From assembly GCA_029569495.1 (NCBI GenBank), contig JAKQTB010000118.1, positions 3,628-67,627 of the forward strand: DNA of 64,000 nt. Reading direction: 5' to 3'. Of this stretch, positions 1 through 10,415 are shown piece after piece (positions within the stretch are counted from its first letter, which is position 1; the number at the start of each line of letters is the position of its first letter). The DNA comes from Pseudomonadota bacterium (GTDB taxonomy: Bacteria > Pseudomonadota > Gammaproteobacteria > Burkholderiales > Methylophilaceae). A model generated the notes under the pieces. That model saw only the letters and a list, made by a program, of their open reading frames with translations. It made no database searches and was not told where the DNA came from. The position numbers and the translations under genes are program-made.

Positions 1-193
1 ACGCAGCACAAGGCCAAGAGTAACTTGTAGGAGCGCATTTATTAGTAATGCCTCATGCTTGCATGATAGCAGTACTTATGCCTGTGGTATTGCGCAAAAG
101 CGTTGCAACTCCGCGCCGGCAATCGCGCAATAAATTGCGCTCCTACATGCTAAAATGGTGGTCTTTATCATTCAGTTTCAAGGACAATGTAGC

Positions 194-919
194 ATGGCAG
201 GTCATAGTAAGTGGGCAAACATTCAACACCGCAAAGGGCGTCAGGACGCAAAACGCGGCAAAATCTTTACCAAAATCATTAAAGAAATCACCGTAGCCGC
301 GCGCCTAGGCGGGGGCGATGCCGACATGAACCCGCGCTTGCGTAGCGCCGTGGCCGAGGCAAAAGAAGAAAATATGCCGTCAGACAACATTATCCGCGCC
401 ATCAAAAAAGGCACGGGCGAGCTTGAAGGCGTGAACTACGAAGAGATTCGCTATGAAGGCTACGGCATTAATGGCGCGGCGATTATTATTGACTGCCTCA
501 CCGACAACAAACAGCGCGCGGTGGCCGATGTGCGTCATGCCTTGACCAAATTTGGCGGTAATTTAGGCACTGACGGCAGTGTAGCGTTTATGTTTAAACA
601 CTGTGGCAATTTAGTTTTTGAGCCAGGAACCGACGAAGATAAAGTCATGGAAGTTGCACTTGAGGCAGGTGCTGAAGATATTGTGACAAACGATGATGGC
701 AGTATTGAAGTGATTACCCCGCCAGCGGATTTTGTGGCGGTTAAAGAAGCGCTAGAAGCGGCAGGTCTCAAAGCTGTGCTCGCAGAAGTGACCATGAAAG
801 CCATGAATGAAGTGGAGTTTACCGGGGATGATGCAGTGAAAATGCAAAAAATTCTGGATGCGCTGGAAGACTTAGATGACGTGCAGGATGTTTATACCAC
901 GGCGTTGATTGAAGAATAA
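194..919 (+). CDS. yebC: YebC/PmpR-family DNA-binding regulator
   Basis: ORF 155..919. The family N-terminus [15 protein letters not shown] starts at ATG 194. Full-length family-like sequence. Confidence 0.9.
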   Translation: MAGHSKWANIQHRKGRQDAKRGKIFTKIIKEITVAARLGGGDADMNPRLRSAVAEAKEENMPSDNIIRAIKKGTGELEGVNYEEIRYEGYGINGAAIIIDCLTDNKQRAVADVRHALTKFGGNLGTDGSVAFMFKHCGNLVFEPGTDEDKVMEVALEAGAEDIVTNDDGSIEVITPPADFVAVKEALEAAGLKAVLAEVTMKAMNEVEFTGDDAVKMQKILDALEDLDDVQDVYTTALIEE

Positions 920-985
920 AAGTTAGCCAATTTTACGTGGGCTTATAACTACAAACTGCTTAATATTTAAGCAGTTTGTATGCAT

Positions 986-1049
986 CTACTTTAACGCTGC
1001 CCTGCAAGCCTTAATTTATAAGGCTCACAGGGCAGCGTTTTTATCTCGG
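986..1049 (+). repeat. 64-bp hairpin repeat, copy E1 (hairpin flipped, left flank degenerate)
   Basis: cgctgccctgcaagcc-ttaatttataa-ggctcacagggcagcg followed by tttttatctcgg. Confidence 0.8.
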
Positions 1050-1072
1050 GTGGATTAAGCCAACTATTTTTT

Positions 1073-2023
1073 CTAAATCAGCGCAGTATTTTCTTCTAAT
1101 AAATGTTGCGCTTGTTCAAGGTGTAGCTGCGTACTTTTGATGTAATCGAGTAGCAACACACTGTCTTCTTCATTGATTTGTGCCACGCGCACGGTTAAGC
1201 CCATTGGCGCAAACATGAGTTTTAGCCATTGTTCGCCCATTTTTTCAATGGCGTGGTCAAAGGCTTTGAGTTCAACGCCGTTGTTAATGCGTTGGTTTAA
1301 ATCTTCACGGTGCGCATCGCTGGCGTGCATGAGCTCGTTGCTATCAAGATTGATGTTGATGCGATTGGGCATGACTAAATTATTTTCATGAATCTGCAAT
1401 TGGCGAAAAAGCCACTCTTCAGTATTGGCAGAAACACCTTGGTATTGCGCGCGCAGTTTGTCCACCAGCAGTTCTTTGCCAATTTGCTGCACACGGATGT
1501 GCGCTAAATCAAGGCCCAGCATGGCTTTGGCTTTTTTACGAATCACGCCGATATATTGCGTTGAGGTTTTACCACCCAGCGTTTTTTCGCGCTCGCCTAA
1601 ATCTTCTTGCTTAAAATCGGTGAGGGATAAATCCACTTCAAGTAGCGTGAGTTTTAGCACGGCCTGAATCTGCTGAAACTGCATTTGCTGTGATTTAATG
1701 CGCTCCAGTTCAATCACCAGTTTGGCTTTGTCTTTGAGCACTTTTTGCATTTCGCTGGCAAGTTGTTTTTGCCGCTCCACGTCGGCAGACACCAGTAGTT
1801 TTGGCAATGTTAAGCTGATGATCAACGCGCCTAAACCAGCACCAATGGCGGCAAGCAGTACCGCGACGCTTTGTTTGTCTAATAGCAAACTGAAGGCGAT
1901 AAATAATACCGCGATACCCACGCCAGTGGCAAAAAACATGCGATAGCCAAACTTTTTGAGTGGTGCAAAAAGCTTAAATGGTGCGGTGAGTAATTTTGTG
2001 AGCATGTGTTGGGTCTTAAGCAT
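1073..2023 (-). CDS. membrane protein with N-terminal TM helices, coiled coil and a DUF4230-like C-terminal half (family tentative)
   Basis: 316-aa ORF with a hydrophobic N-terminus and a heptad-rich middle. No catalytic motif recognised. Confidence 0.5.
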   Translation of the reverse strand: MLKTQHMLTKLLTAPFKLFAPLKKFGYRMFFATGVGIAVLFIAFSLLLDKQSVAVLLAAIGAGLGALIISLTLPKLLVSADVERQKQLASEMQKVLKDKAKLVIELERIKSQQMQFQQIQAVLKLTLLEVDLSLTDFKQEDLGEREKTLGGKTSTQYIGVIRKKAKAMLGLDLAHIRVQQIGKELLVDKLRAQYQGVSANTEEWLFRQLQIHENNLVMPNRININLDSNELMHASDAHREDLNQRINNGVELKAFDHAIEKMGEQWLKLMFAPMGLTVRVAQINEEDSVLLLDYIKSTQLHLEQAQHLLEENTALI

Positions 2024-2230
2024 GATTGGATAATTATTTTACTAAGCTTGATTGTAAGGTAATGCCCAAAAGAAGCAAATTAAATCAGTAAGTAAGCAAG
2101 TGAATGGCTTATAATTTGTGCTGTATTTACCGTCTTAAGTTAACCCAAAACCAATCATTTACGCATGCATTTCACACAAACACTTTGTAAAAAAAGGCCC
2201 TTAAACTTAACCGTAATAGGGTTGGTATAA

Positions 2231-2803
2231 GTGGCGTTAGTTACCACGCGTATCCTTGGTATTGACCCCGGCCTGCGCTTGACCGGGTTTGGTGTCATTG
2301 AAAAGGTTGGTGAAAAAATCGTTTACGTGGCAAGCGGCACCATTAAAACTGCAAGCGGCAAAAAAAATGCCGTTGAGGGCGAGGCCGATAGAGAAGAATT
2401 GCCAGCACGGCTAAAAATTATTTTAGACGGCCTGTTTGAAGTGATTGATACTTATCAACCAACGCAGGTGGCGGTTGAAAAGGTGTTTGTGAATGTAAAC
2501 CCGCAATCTACCCTGCTGCTCGGCCAAGCGCGTGGCGCGGCCATTAGCGCGGCAGTGATTCGCAATTTAATTGTGGCGGAATATACCGCGTTGCAGGTGA
2601 AGCAGTCGGTGGTGGGGAATGGTCACGCACAAAAAGAACAAGTGCAAGAAATGGTGAAACGTTTGCTCAATTTGCCAGCCACACCCAAGCCAGATTCTGC
2701 CGATGCACTGGCTTGTGCGATATGCCACGCACACGGCGGGCAAGGCCTTGGTAGGTTGGCCACGGCTGGTTTTCGCGTCAAGGGCGGGAGGCTGATTGGG
2801 TGA
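2231..2803 (+). CDS. ruvC: Holliday junction resolvase RuvC
   Basis: Motifs [16 protein letters not shown] and [17 protein letters not shown] start. The stop overlaps the next start. Confidence 0.9.
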   Translation: MALVTTRILGIDPGLRLTGFGVIEKVGEKIVYVASGTIKTASGKKNAVEGEADREELPARLKIILDGLFEVIDTYQPTQVAVEKVFVNVNPQSTLLLGQARGAAISAAVIRNLIVAEYTALQVKQSVVGNGHAQKEQVQEMVKRLLNLPATPKPDSADALACAICHAHGGQGLGRLATAGFRVKGGRLIG

Positions 2804-3756
2804 CAAACAATGCGAAACTGTTGCTTGAACCTGCCATTGGCACTTACGCCAATAATATTACTAAGTATTTTTTTGCTACAAGGCCAGCGTTTTTGCTAGC
2901 CGCTTTGGCCGCGTGTTTGCTAGGTTTGGCAAGTGCAAAACTAAGTGGCGTTAATCTGAATGTGGCTTTTGCAATGGCGACAATACTGCTGGCGTTAGTT
3001 GTGCATGCCGCAGTGAACGTCCTTAACGATTATTTTGATGCGTTAAGTAGTGCAGATGCTTTTAATACCGAGCGCGTTTATCCTTTTACAGGTGGCAGTC
3101 GTTTTATTCAGAATGGCCTGTTTACGCCGCAACAAACTGCACGATTTGGCTATGGGTTGTTGCTCGTTGCCATGTTGGGTGGGCTATGGTTGGTGGCTGA
3201 AGTCGGCAAAGGTCTTTTGCTAATTGGTGGCGTTGGTCTATTCATTGGCTGGGCGTATTCGGCCACACCGTTAAGCTTAAATAGCCGCGGTTTAGGCGAG
3301 GTGTGCGTGTTATTGGGTTTTTTAGGTGTGGTAATTGGGGCCGATTTTGTGCAGCGCATCAGCTTTTCTTGGCAGCCTGTGTTTGTGGGGTTTCCCTATG
3401 CATTGCTGGTGACGAACTTGCTTTTTATCAATCAGTTTCCTGATTATAAAGCCGATAAGCTGGCCGGCAAGCATCATTGGGTTGTGCGCTTGCCACTGAC
3501 AACAGCCGCAAATATTTACCCAATATTGGTATTGCTCGCATGTGTTTGGCTGCTCGCGATGGCGTTGTTACAAAGGCTGCCAGCAATGACACTATGGTCA
3601 GCGTTGCCGCTACTATTTGCATTGCGCGCGGCTTGGCTTTTGCAACAACATTATGCTGAACCTGCAAAATTACGCCCAGCGATTCAGTTAACCTTGCTTG
3701 CCATGCTGGGCCATGCCTTACTATTAACTTTATTATTATTTTGGAATGCAAGATGA
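2800..3756 (+). CDS. UbiA-superfamily (MenA-like) membrane prenyltransferase
   Basis: Polytopic membrane ORF with Asp-rich motifs NDYFD and [10 protein letters not shown]. Its start overlaps the ruvC stop and its stop overlaps the ruvA start (ATGA). Confidence 0.7.
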   Translation: MTNNAKLLLEPAIGTYANNITKYFFATRPAFLLAALAACLLGLASAKLSGVNLNVAFAMATILLALVVHAAVNVLNDYFDALSSADAFNTERVYPFTGGSRFIQNGLFTPQQTARFGYGLLLVAMLGGLWLVAEVGKGLLLIGGVGLFIGWAYSATPLSLNSRGLGEVCVLLGFLGVVIGADFVQRISFSWQPVFVGFPYALLVTNLLFINQFPDYKADKLAGKHHWVVRLPLTTAANIYPILVLLACVWLLAMALLQRLPAMTLWSALPLLFALRAAWLLQQHYAEPAKLRPAIQLTLLAMLGHALLLTLLLFWNAR

Positions 3757-4328
3757 TTGCCAGACTTAATGGAATACTGATTGAAAAATCTCCTCCGCAA
3801 ATCGTGATTGATTGCAATGGCGTGGGCTACGAGGTCGAGGTGCCAATGAGTACCTTTTACAATTTGCCAGAATTAGGCAGCAAAGTGAATTTGCTGACTT
3901 ATTTTGTGGTGCGTGAAGACGCGCAACTGCTGTATGGTTTTGGTAGCGAACAAGAAAAAAGTACGTTTAAACAATTGCTTAAAGTCAATGGCATTGGTGC
4001 TAAATCGGCGTTGTCTATTTTAAGTGGCGTAAGTATTGATGATTTGATTCAGGCGGTGAGCATGCAAGAGGTCGGCATGCTCACGCGCATTCCCGGCATT
4101 GGCAAAAAAACTGCGGAGCGTTTACTGCTCGAACTCAAAGACAAATTCAGTGTGGCAGGCTTGGCGCAAACCGCCAATCAGGCAAAGTCTGCCATGCATG
4201 ACATCCTCAATGCACTGGTGGCTTTGGGCTACAATGAGCGCGAGGCGCTGGCCGCCGTTAAATTGCTAGACAAAGAAGTGAGCGTGACCGATGGGATTAA
4301 GCAGGCGTTGAAAAACCTTTCAAAATAA
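3753..4328 (+). CDS. ruvA: Holliday junction DNA helicase subunit RuvA
   Basis: Typical N-terminus MIARLNGIL at ATG 3753 (track ORF starts at 3741). HhH motif [12 protein letters not shown]. Confidence 0.9.
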   Translation: MIARLNGILIEKSPPQIVIDCNGVGYEVEVPMSTFYNLPELGSKVNLLTYFVVREDAQLLYGFGSEQEKSTFKQLLKVNGIGAKSALSILSGVSIDDLIQAVSMQEVGMLTRIPGIGKKTAERLLLELKDKFSVAGLAQTANQAKSAMHDILNALVALGYNEREALAAVKLLDKEVSVTDGIKQALKNLSK

Positions 4329-4358
4329 CAACAAAACATTGAAGCAATGTGAGGATGA

Positions 4359-5258
4359 GTGATGAAAAGTTATCTAATTTTTATTGTTAGCTTAGTCGTG
4401 TTTTTGGCGGCGTGTGGCCAGCAACAGCCACCCGTGCCAACGGTAGCGATGGCACCAGCGCCCGCCGAGATGGCAAGAACTAAAATGGCCAGTGCTGATT
4501 CAGTGGCCGTTGCGGGTGAAGGTGAGCAGTCACTTACAGAACTTACAGAGCCTGCTACTGCTCAAAGCGAGGTTAAACGCTTTATCGCATTACGCCATCA
4601 CATGGTGGTGGAAACGCCAACAGAACAAATGCAAGCAAATTTTGATGCCACCGTTGCGCATTGTCAGCAGCTCAAGTGCCAAATTTTGTCGGCCAATTAT
4701 AATCGTGAAACAGCTTATAGCCCGCCATCGGCAAGCCTGTCAGCGCGTATTCCACCAAGATCAGTAGCGGTGTTCTTAGCAGGCCTAGCTAAAAGTGGAG
4801 AAGTCTTACAGCATCACCGTAGCAGCGAAGATAAAACCGATGCGGTGATTGATGCAGAGGCGCGCATTAAAAACCTGACCGAGTTTCGTGATAATTTGCG
4901 CGCAATGCTGAGCGATAAATCTGCCAAATTTAAAGATTTAATCGAAGTGCAGCGTGAGTTAGTCAACACGCAAAGTGAGTTAGATGGTATTCAGGGTGTG
5001 CGCAAAGTGCTGGCGCAAGAAACCGAATTGGTGGCGATTAATATTGATTTTACTGCCAAGCAAGGCATTACTGAGCAAGGCTTTTTTTCACCCGTTGCAC
5101 AAGCTTTTAAAAATGCTGGCCACGTAATGATGGAAAGTTTAGCGAGCGTGATTACTTTTTTTGTAACAATTTTGCCGTGGCTTATTTTTGGCATTCCAGC
5201 ACTGATTTTAATACGCAAACTTTGGGCTAAAATTAGAACAAAAAAACCGCATGTATAA
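4359..5258 (+). CDS. DUF4349-like lipoprotein
   Basis: Signal peptide with lipobox LAAC, coiled-coil middle and two C-terminal TM helices. Confidence 0.55.
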   Translation: MMKSYLIFIVSLVVFLAACGQQQPPVPTVAMAPAPAEMARTKMASADSVAVAGEGEQSLTELTEPATAQSEVKRFIALRHHMVVETPTEQMQANFDATVAHCQQLKCQILSANYNRETAYSPPSASLSARIPPRSVAVFLAGLAKSGEVLQHHRSSEDKTDAVIDAEARIKNLTEFRDNLRAMLSDKSAKFKDLIEVQRELVNTQSELDGIQGVRKVLAQETELVAINIDFTAKQGITEQGFFSPVAQAFKNAGHVMMESLASVITFFVTILPWLIFGIPALILIRKLWAKIRTKKPHV

Positions 5259-5307
5259 ACTTGGCGTAATACATTAATTTACAATTTCAAACGGGTATAA
5301 TACGCAC

Positions 5308-5371
5308 AACCTTTTTGAATGCTCTGGAAGCCTTGTAAATAAAGGCTCGCAGAGCAGTATTTTTGTCTCGG
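5308..5371 (+). repeat. 64-bp hairpin repeat, copy E2
   Basis: aacctttttgaatgctctggaagcc-ttgtaaataaa-ggctcgcagagcagtatttttgtctcgg. Confidence 0.9.
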
Positions 5372-5470
5372 GAATTTTATTGCGGTTTTTGTGATGTTTT
5401 TGTGTAATCAATCAGTTTGTTTTGTGGGTTAAATGTGAGTCAATATAAAAATAAAAATAGCGTATTTTCA

Positions 5471-6403
5471 ATGTGGTTTGCCTGCTGCTTTTTTGCGGTA
5501 ATGTGCCTATTTTCTGAGGTGGCGCTAGCTTATACAGGCGTGACGATTGTCATGAGCAGCAAAACTGAAGCGAATCTGGCGTTTGTTGAGCAGTTTAAGA
5601 CAGAGCTAGCCGGCAATGAAAATAATACACTAAATCTAAAAGTGATTGAGTTGCCAGCACGCAAAAGGCTCGTGGTGGCTGAAAATAGTGAATTGGTGAT
5701 TGCGTTGGGTGCAAAGGCGCTTGAGGCCGCCAGCAAGTTATCGCATACAACGCCGGTTTTGGCAGTGCATACGCCGTCATTAGCCTATGAGCAGATATTA
5801 GAAAAAAGTCGGCGTGATGCGAGTAATATGAGCATGATTATGCAAAATCAGCCTTATGCGCGCCAAATAAATTTTATTCAATTGGTGCTACCGGCGGCAA
5901 AAAATATTGGCAGCTTAGTCAATGGCAACTCGCAAACATATGCGGAACAGTTGAAAACACAGGCTGATAAAAAAGGACTCAATGTGCAGTTAACGCACTT
6001 AAATGATCCATCGATGTTGATACCGGAGCTTAAAACTTTGTTAGAGGCGAATGATGCATTGCTGGCGATACCAGATACAGCTGTTTATAAACCCGATACG
6101 GCGCAATCCATTTTGATGACTAGTTATCAGTTTAAGAAGCCAGTGCTTTGTTATTCACTCTCTTATGCGAAGGCGGGCGCACTGGCGGCGTTATATAGCT
6201 CTAGCCGGCATTTGGCCAAGCAGGCCGCGGAAATTGCGCAGCAATCGCAAAATGCAGAAAGCGCCCTGCCATTGCCGCAAGCGCCAAAATATTTTTCTGT
6301 GTACGTCAATCGGCAAGTGGCGCGTTTGCTCAATATTGAAGTGAACAAAGATGTGGCAATTTTTCAAGAATTAATAGCCACTGATAATTTGCAAAATGAA
6401 TAA
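5471..6403 (+). CDS. periplasmic ABC-type substrate-binding-like protein (PF04392-like, tentative)
   Basis: The track ORF starts at TTG 5417. ATG 5471 precedes a signal-peptide-like segment. The stop overlaps the start of the GGDEF-EAL gene. Confidence 0.5.
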   Translation: MWFACCFFAVMCLFSEVALAYTGVTIVMSSKTEANLAFVEQFKTELAGNENNTLNLKVIELPARKRLVVAENSELVIALGAKALEAASKLSHTTPVLAVHTPSLAYEQILEKSRRDASNMSMIMQNQPYARQINFIQLVLPAAKNIGSLVNGNSQTYAEQLKTQADKKGLNVQLTHLNDPSMLIPELKTLLEANDALLAIPDTAVYKPDTAQSILMTSYQFKKPVLCYSLSYAKAGALAALYSSSRHLAKQAAEIAQQSQNAESALPLPQAPKYFSVYVNRQVARLLNIEVNKDVAIFQELIATDNLQNE

Positions 6404-8540
6404 TATTGGCATTAAAGCGAGGGTGATTTTTTTAGGCACAGTGCCTGCCCTGCTGTTTGCGATTATTTTAATCGGCTACATAATTTCAAATATATTTGGC
6501 ATATTGAATCAATCGCTGGTTGACCGCGGAAAAATCATCGCTACTCAACTTGCCCCTGCTGCTGAATACGGGGTGATTTCTGGAAATCGACAAATGCTGC
6601 AAAAACTTGTGCAGCAAGCGCTTGATAACGAGCAAGATCTTAAAACGGTGATGGTCGTTGATAATCAAGGATTAGTGCTGGCCTACAGTGGACAGGCGAT
6701 TCCTGAAACGCTGATTAGCAAAATCATGCAGGAAAATTTGCCTGAGTACAAACAAGCACGCGGCATCATTTTTTCTGCGCCTATTCATCGAAGTTTAGTC
6801 GAGATTGATGATTTTTCGTCCCAAGAAGAAAATACGCAACAACTGAAAAAAGATTTTTCACCTGAAAAAATCGGTCAGATTTATGTGGAACTAAGTAATC
6901 AAGGACTGCAGAGCTATAAGTTAGTATTTGTCGTAAAAATTGCATCAATTGCTTTATTGGGGCTGTTGCTCAGTGGCTGGCTAGCTTGGCGTATCGGCCG
7001 AAATATTACACAGCCTATTCAAGAAATTGCCCGTGCAGTCAATAAAGTGCGCGAAGGTGTGTTGTCACAAACGTTGGTAGAAAACTCCAGCGGTGAATTA
7101 AAAACCTTACAAAAGGGCTTTAATTCAATGTCGGCGAGCTTGAAGCACGCCTATGATGTGATGCAAGATAAGATTAACGATGCCACCTCTATGCTGCGCC
7201 ATCAAGCGCAACATGATGATTTAACTGGGCTTATTAACCGTCGAGAATTTGAAGTGCGCTTAGAGCGCTGCCTCAAAACTGCTAAAGAAAACAATGCAAA
7301 GCACGTGTTTTGCTTTCTGGATTTAGATCAATTCAAGTTAGTGAATGACACGAGTGGGCATATCGCGGGGGATGAACTACTTAAACAAGTGAGTGTTTTA
7401 CTGGCCATCCGCATGCGTGAAAGAGACACGTTAGCCCGTTTAGGCGGGGATGAGTTTGGCCTGCTGTTGGAGAACTGTACGCAGAAAGAAGCCGACCAAA
7501 TTTGCAGTGCAATTCAACGCATTATTCGCGATTTTCGTTATAGCCATGACGACAAAATCTTTAATATTGGCGTGAGCATTGGTATGGTGGTGATTGATGA
7601 CCATTTTGACAGTGTTAGCGAAGTGGTACACGCGGCAGATATGGCGTGTATGGCCGCGAAAAAGGCGGGACGTAATCAAACGGTGCTATTTAACGCAGGC
7701 GATGTTGAAGTGGTCGAGCAGAAAAATGCAGTAGAAGCGATTGCCGACATCACGGATGAAATCGATGATGATCAGTTTATGCTGTACTGTCAGGCGATTG
7801 TACCGCTCACGCCGAATTTACCGCATTTACCTAATATGCCGGCCATTCCACAGCAACATCACTATGAGATTTTGCTCAGAAAAGTAGATTTAGACGGCAA
7901 GATTATTTTGCCGACGACGTTTATTCCCTCAGCCGAGCGCTATCATCTGATGCCTAATATTGACCGCTGGGTGATTAAAAATGCTTTTATTGCCTATCGA
8001 AAACTGCTTGATATTGATTACGAACACTGCAATTACATCTTTTCAATCAATTTATCGGGCACGTCATTGGGTGACCAAAGTCTGTTGCCGTTTATTCGCG
8101 AACAGTTTGCTAAATACGCTATTCCGCCCGCCTCGATATGCTTTGAAATTACCGAGACGGCGGCCATTGTAAACCTTAAAAATACCATTTTATTGTTTAA
8201 CTCACTGCGTGAAATTGGCTGCAAATTTGCTTTAGATGACTTTGGCAGTGGCATGTCTTCATTTATGTATTTAAAGAATTTTGATGTTGATTACCTTAAA
8301 ATTGATGGCGCTTTTGTCAAAGAGATTCATCAAAACCGGATTGATCATGCCATGGTGCGTTCCATCCACAATGTGGCAGAATCGATGAACATCAAAACGG
8401 TTGCTGAATTTGTGGAAAGTGATGCAATATTGAAACAGCTAGAAATTATCGGCGTGCACTATGGCCAAGGGCTGCATCTTGGCTTGCCGATTACTGTGAA
8501 AGAATTGATTCAACAATATGCTGAATTACATCCGCGCTAA
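6396..8540 (+). CDS. membrane HAMP-GGDEF-EAL cyclic-di-GMP turnover protein
   Basis: N-terminal TM, periplasmic segment and second TM. Intact GGDEF (RLGGDEFGLL). EAL-domain motifs EITET, DDFGSG and KIDG. Confidence 0.85.
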   Translation: MNNIGIKARVIFLGTVPALLFAIILIGYIISNIFGILNQSLVDRGKIIATQLAPAAEYGVISGNRQMLQKLVQQALDNEQDLKTVMVVDNQGLVLAYSGQAIPETLISKIMQENLPEYKQARGIIFSAPIHRSLVEIDDFSSQEENTQQLKKDFSPEKIGQIYVELSNQGLQSYKLVFVVKIASIALLGLLLSGWLAWRIGRNITQPIQEIARAVNKVREGVLSQTLVENSSGELKTLQKGFNSMSASLKHAYDVMQDKINDATSMLRHQAQHDDLTGLINRREFEVRLERCLKTAKENNAKHVFCFLDLDQFKLVNDTSGHIAGDELLKQVSVLLAIRMRERDTLARLGGDEFGLLLENCTQKEADQICSAIQRIIRDFRYSHDDKIFNIGVSIGMVVIDDHFDSVSEVVHAADMACMAAKKAGRNQTVLFNAGDVEVVEQKNAVEAIADITDEIDDDQFMLYCQAIVPLTPNLPHLPNMPAIPQQHHYEILLRKVDLDGKIILPTTFIPSAERYHLMPNIDRWVIKNAFIAYRKLLDIDYEHCNYIFSINLSGTSLGDQSLLPFIREQFAKYAIPPASICFEITETAAIVNLKNTILLFNSLREIGCKFALDDFGSGMSSFMYLKNFDVDYLKIDGAFVKEIHQNRIDHAMVRSIHNVAESMNIKTVAEFVESDAILKQLEIIGVHYGQGLHLGLPITVKELIQQYAELHPR

Positions 8541-8599
8541 TGATGCATTGTTACTAATGCATTGGTTCGCGCACAACACCCATCAGCGAAAGCACCATC

Positions 8600-9652
8600 A
8601 TGATAGAAACTGACCGCCTGATAGCTCCAGAAACCGAAAGCCCGCGTGAAGAAGCGCTGGAGCGCGCACTTCGCCCCAAACTATTAGATGAATACGTCGG
8701 CCAGGAAAAAGCGCGCGGTCAGTTAGAAATTTTTATCAATGCGGCTCGCGGCCGCAGTGAACCGTTGGACCACGTGCTCTTGTTTGGCCCGCCAGGCCTG
8801 GGTAAAACCACACTCGCACATATTATTGCCAAAGAAATGGGCGTGAATATGCGCCAAACTTCAGGCCCAGTGCTAGAGCGCGCGGGTGACTTAGCAGCGT
8901 TACTCACCAATTTAGAACCCAATGATGTACTATTTATTGATGAAATTCACCGCTTGTCGCCCGTCGTAGAAGAGATTTTATATCCAGCGATGGAAGATTA
9001 TCGTCTGGATATCATGATAGGCGAAGGCCCCGCCGCGCGCAGTGTTCGGCTAGATTTGCCGCCATTTACCTTGGTGGGCGCCACCACGCGCGCCGGTATG
9101 CTCACTAACCCGCTGCGTGACCGTTTTGGCATTGTTTCGCGTTTAGAGTTTTATACGGCTGAAGAATTAAGTCGCATTGTGCAACGCTCTGCCGGGCTGC
9201 TAGAGGTAGAGTTGGTTGATACCGGCGCGCTTGAAATTGCCAAACGTTCTCGCGGTACACCGCGCATAGCCAACCGTTTATTGCGCCGTGTACGTGATTA
9301 TGCTCAAGTTAAAGCCAATGGCAAGGTCAGTGCAGAAATTGCCGATGCCGCCCTGAAAATGCTCGATGTTGATAAGCTTGGCTTTGATGTCATGGATAGA
9401 AAACTGCTGCAGGCGGTGCTAGAAAAATTTGGCGGCGGGCCAGTAGGTTTGGATAATTTAGCCGCAGCGATTGGCGAAGAGCGCGACACGATTGAAGACG
9501 TACTCGAGCCGTATTTAATTCAGCAAGGCTATTTAATGCGCACACCACGTGGGCGCATGGCTACCAGCTTGGCCTATCAGCATTTTGGTTTGAGTGTGCC
9601 GGCAAGTTTGTCGACTGGTGAGCTTTGGCAATCGGTAAACGGCAACGATTAA
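8600..9652 (+). CDS. ruvB: Holliday junction DNA helicase RuvB
   Basis: Walker [10 protein letters not shown] and conserved RuvB N- and C-terminal regions. Confidence 0.95.
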   Translation: MIETDRLIAPETESPREEALERALRPKLLDEYVGQEKARGQLEIFINAARGRSEPLDHVLLFGPPGLGKTTLAHIIAKEMGVNMRQTSGPVLERAGDLAALLTNLEPNDVLFIDEIHRLSPVVEEILYPAMEDYRLDIMIGEGPAARSVRLDLPPFTLVGATTRAGMLTNPLRDRFGIVSRLEFYTAEELSRIVQRSAGLLEVELVDTGALEIAKRSRGTPRIANRLLRRVRDYAQVKANGKVSAEIADAALKMLDVDKLGFDVMDRKLLQAVLEKFGGGPVGLDNLAAAIGEERDTIEDVLEPYLIQQGYLMRTPRGRMATSLAYQHFGLSVPASLSTGELWQSVNGND

Positions 9653-9728
9653 TTTTTGCGTATCACACGCGCAGCTTTTGTTTAAAAATAAGTGGTTTTT
9701 TCTTGGTTTAAATTGGGCTTAATTTGCA

Positions 9729-9792
9729 CCGAGAAAAATTTATGGCTCTGTAAGCCTTTATTTATAAGGCTCACAGAGCATCGAAAAAGGTT
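9729..9792 (-). repeat. 64-bp hairpin repeat, copy E3
   Basis: Reverse complement reads aacctttttcgatgctctgtgagcc-ttataaataaa-ggcttacagagccataaatttttctcgg. Confidence 0.9.
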
Positions 9793-9922
9793 GTGCTGTA
9801 AATTGCCTAAAAATTAAGCAATTTCAGTGTGCTCAAAGCATCTGCTATTTTGTCATTTTTGAAACAATTACTTAACAATTTGACACGCCACCATATTAAG
9901 TTGGCTGTGTTAAAATTTGCCC

Positions 9923-10357
9923 ATGCAAAACACGGGCAATTTCATCTGGCCAATTCGCGTCTATTACGAAGACACTGACGCGGGTGGCGTAGTTTATCAT
10001 TCAAATTATCTTAATTTTATGGAGCGCGCCCGCACCGAATGGCTGCGTGCTTTGGGGTTTGAGCAAACGCATTTAAAAGACGATTTAGGTGTGATGATTG
10101 TCATCCATAGCTTGAATATTGCTTTTAAGAGCCCAGCGCGTTTTAACGACTTATTGCAAGTGCATTGCCAGTTTGCAAACGCAGGGCGCAGCAGTATGGA
10201 CATCGCCCAAACAATCTTTCGTGACGGCGTGATGCTGGCCGAGGCAAGCGTTAAAGCAGTGTTTGTGGATGCTGCGAGCTTTCGGCCAGTGGCTATTCCA
10301 CCAGCAATTAAAGACGCTGCCATGGGATTAACCGAAGCAGCGCTTACAAAAACATGA
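9923..10357 (+). CDS. ybgC: tol-pal-associated acyl-CoA thioesterase YbgC
   Basis: 4HBT motif YYEDTDAGGVVYHSNYLNFMERAR. Sits immediately upstream of tolQ. ATG 9923 lies inside the track ORF that starts at 9917. Confidence 0.85.
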   Translation: MQNTGNFIWPIRVYYEDTDAGGVVYHSNYLNFMERARTEWLRALGFEQTHLKDDLGVMIVIHSLNIAFKSPARFNDLLQVHCQFANAGRSSMDIAQTIFRDGVMLAEASVKAVFVDAASFRPVAIPPAIKDAAMGLTEAALTKT

Positions 10358-10415
10358 TGACGGTGCAATTTCCCCCAACTTTTTATACTATTAAAACTAA
10401 ACTATTGGAGCTTTT

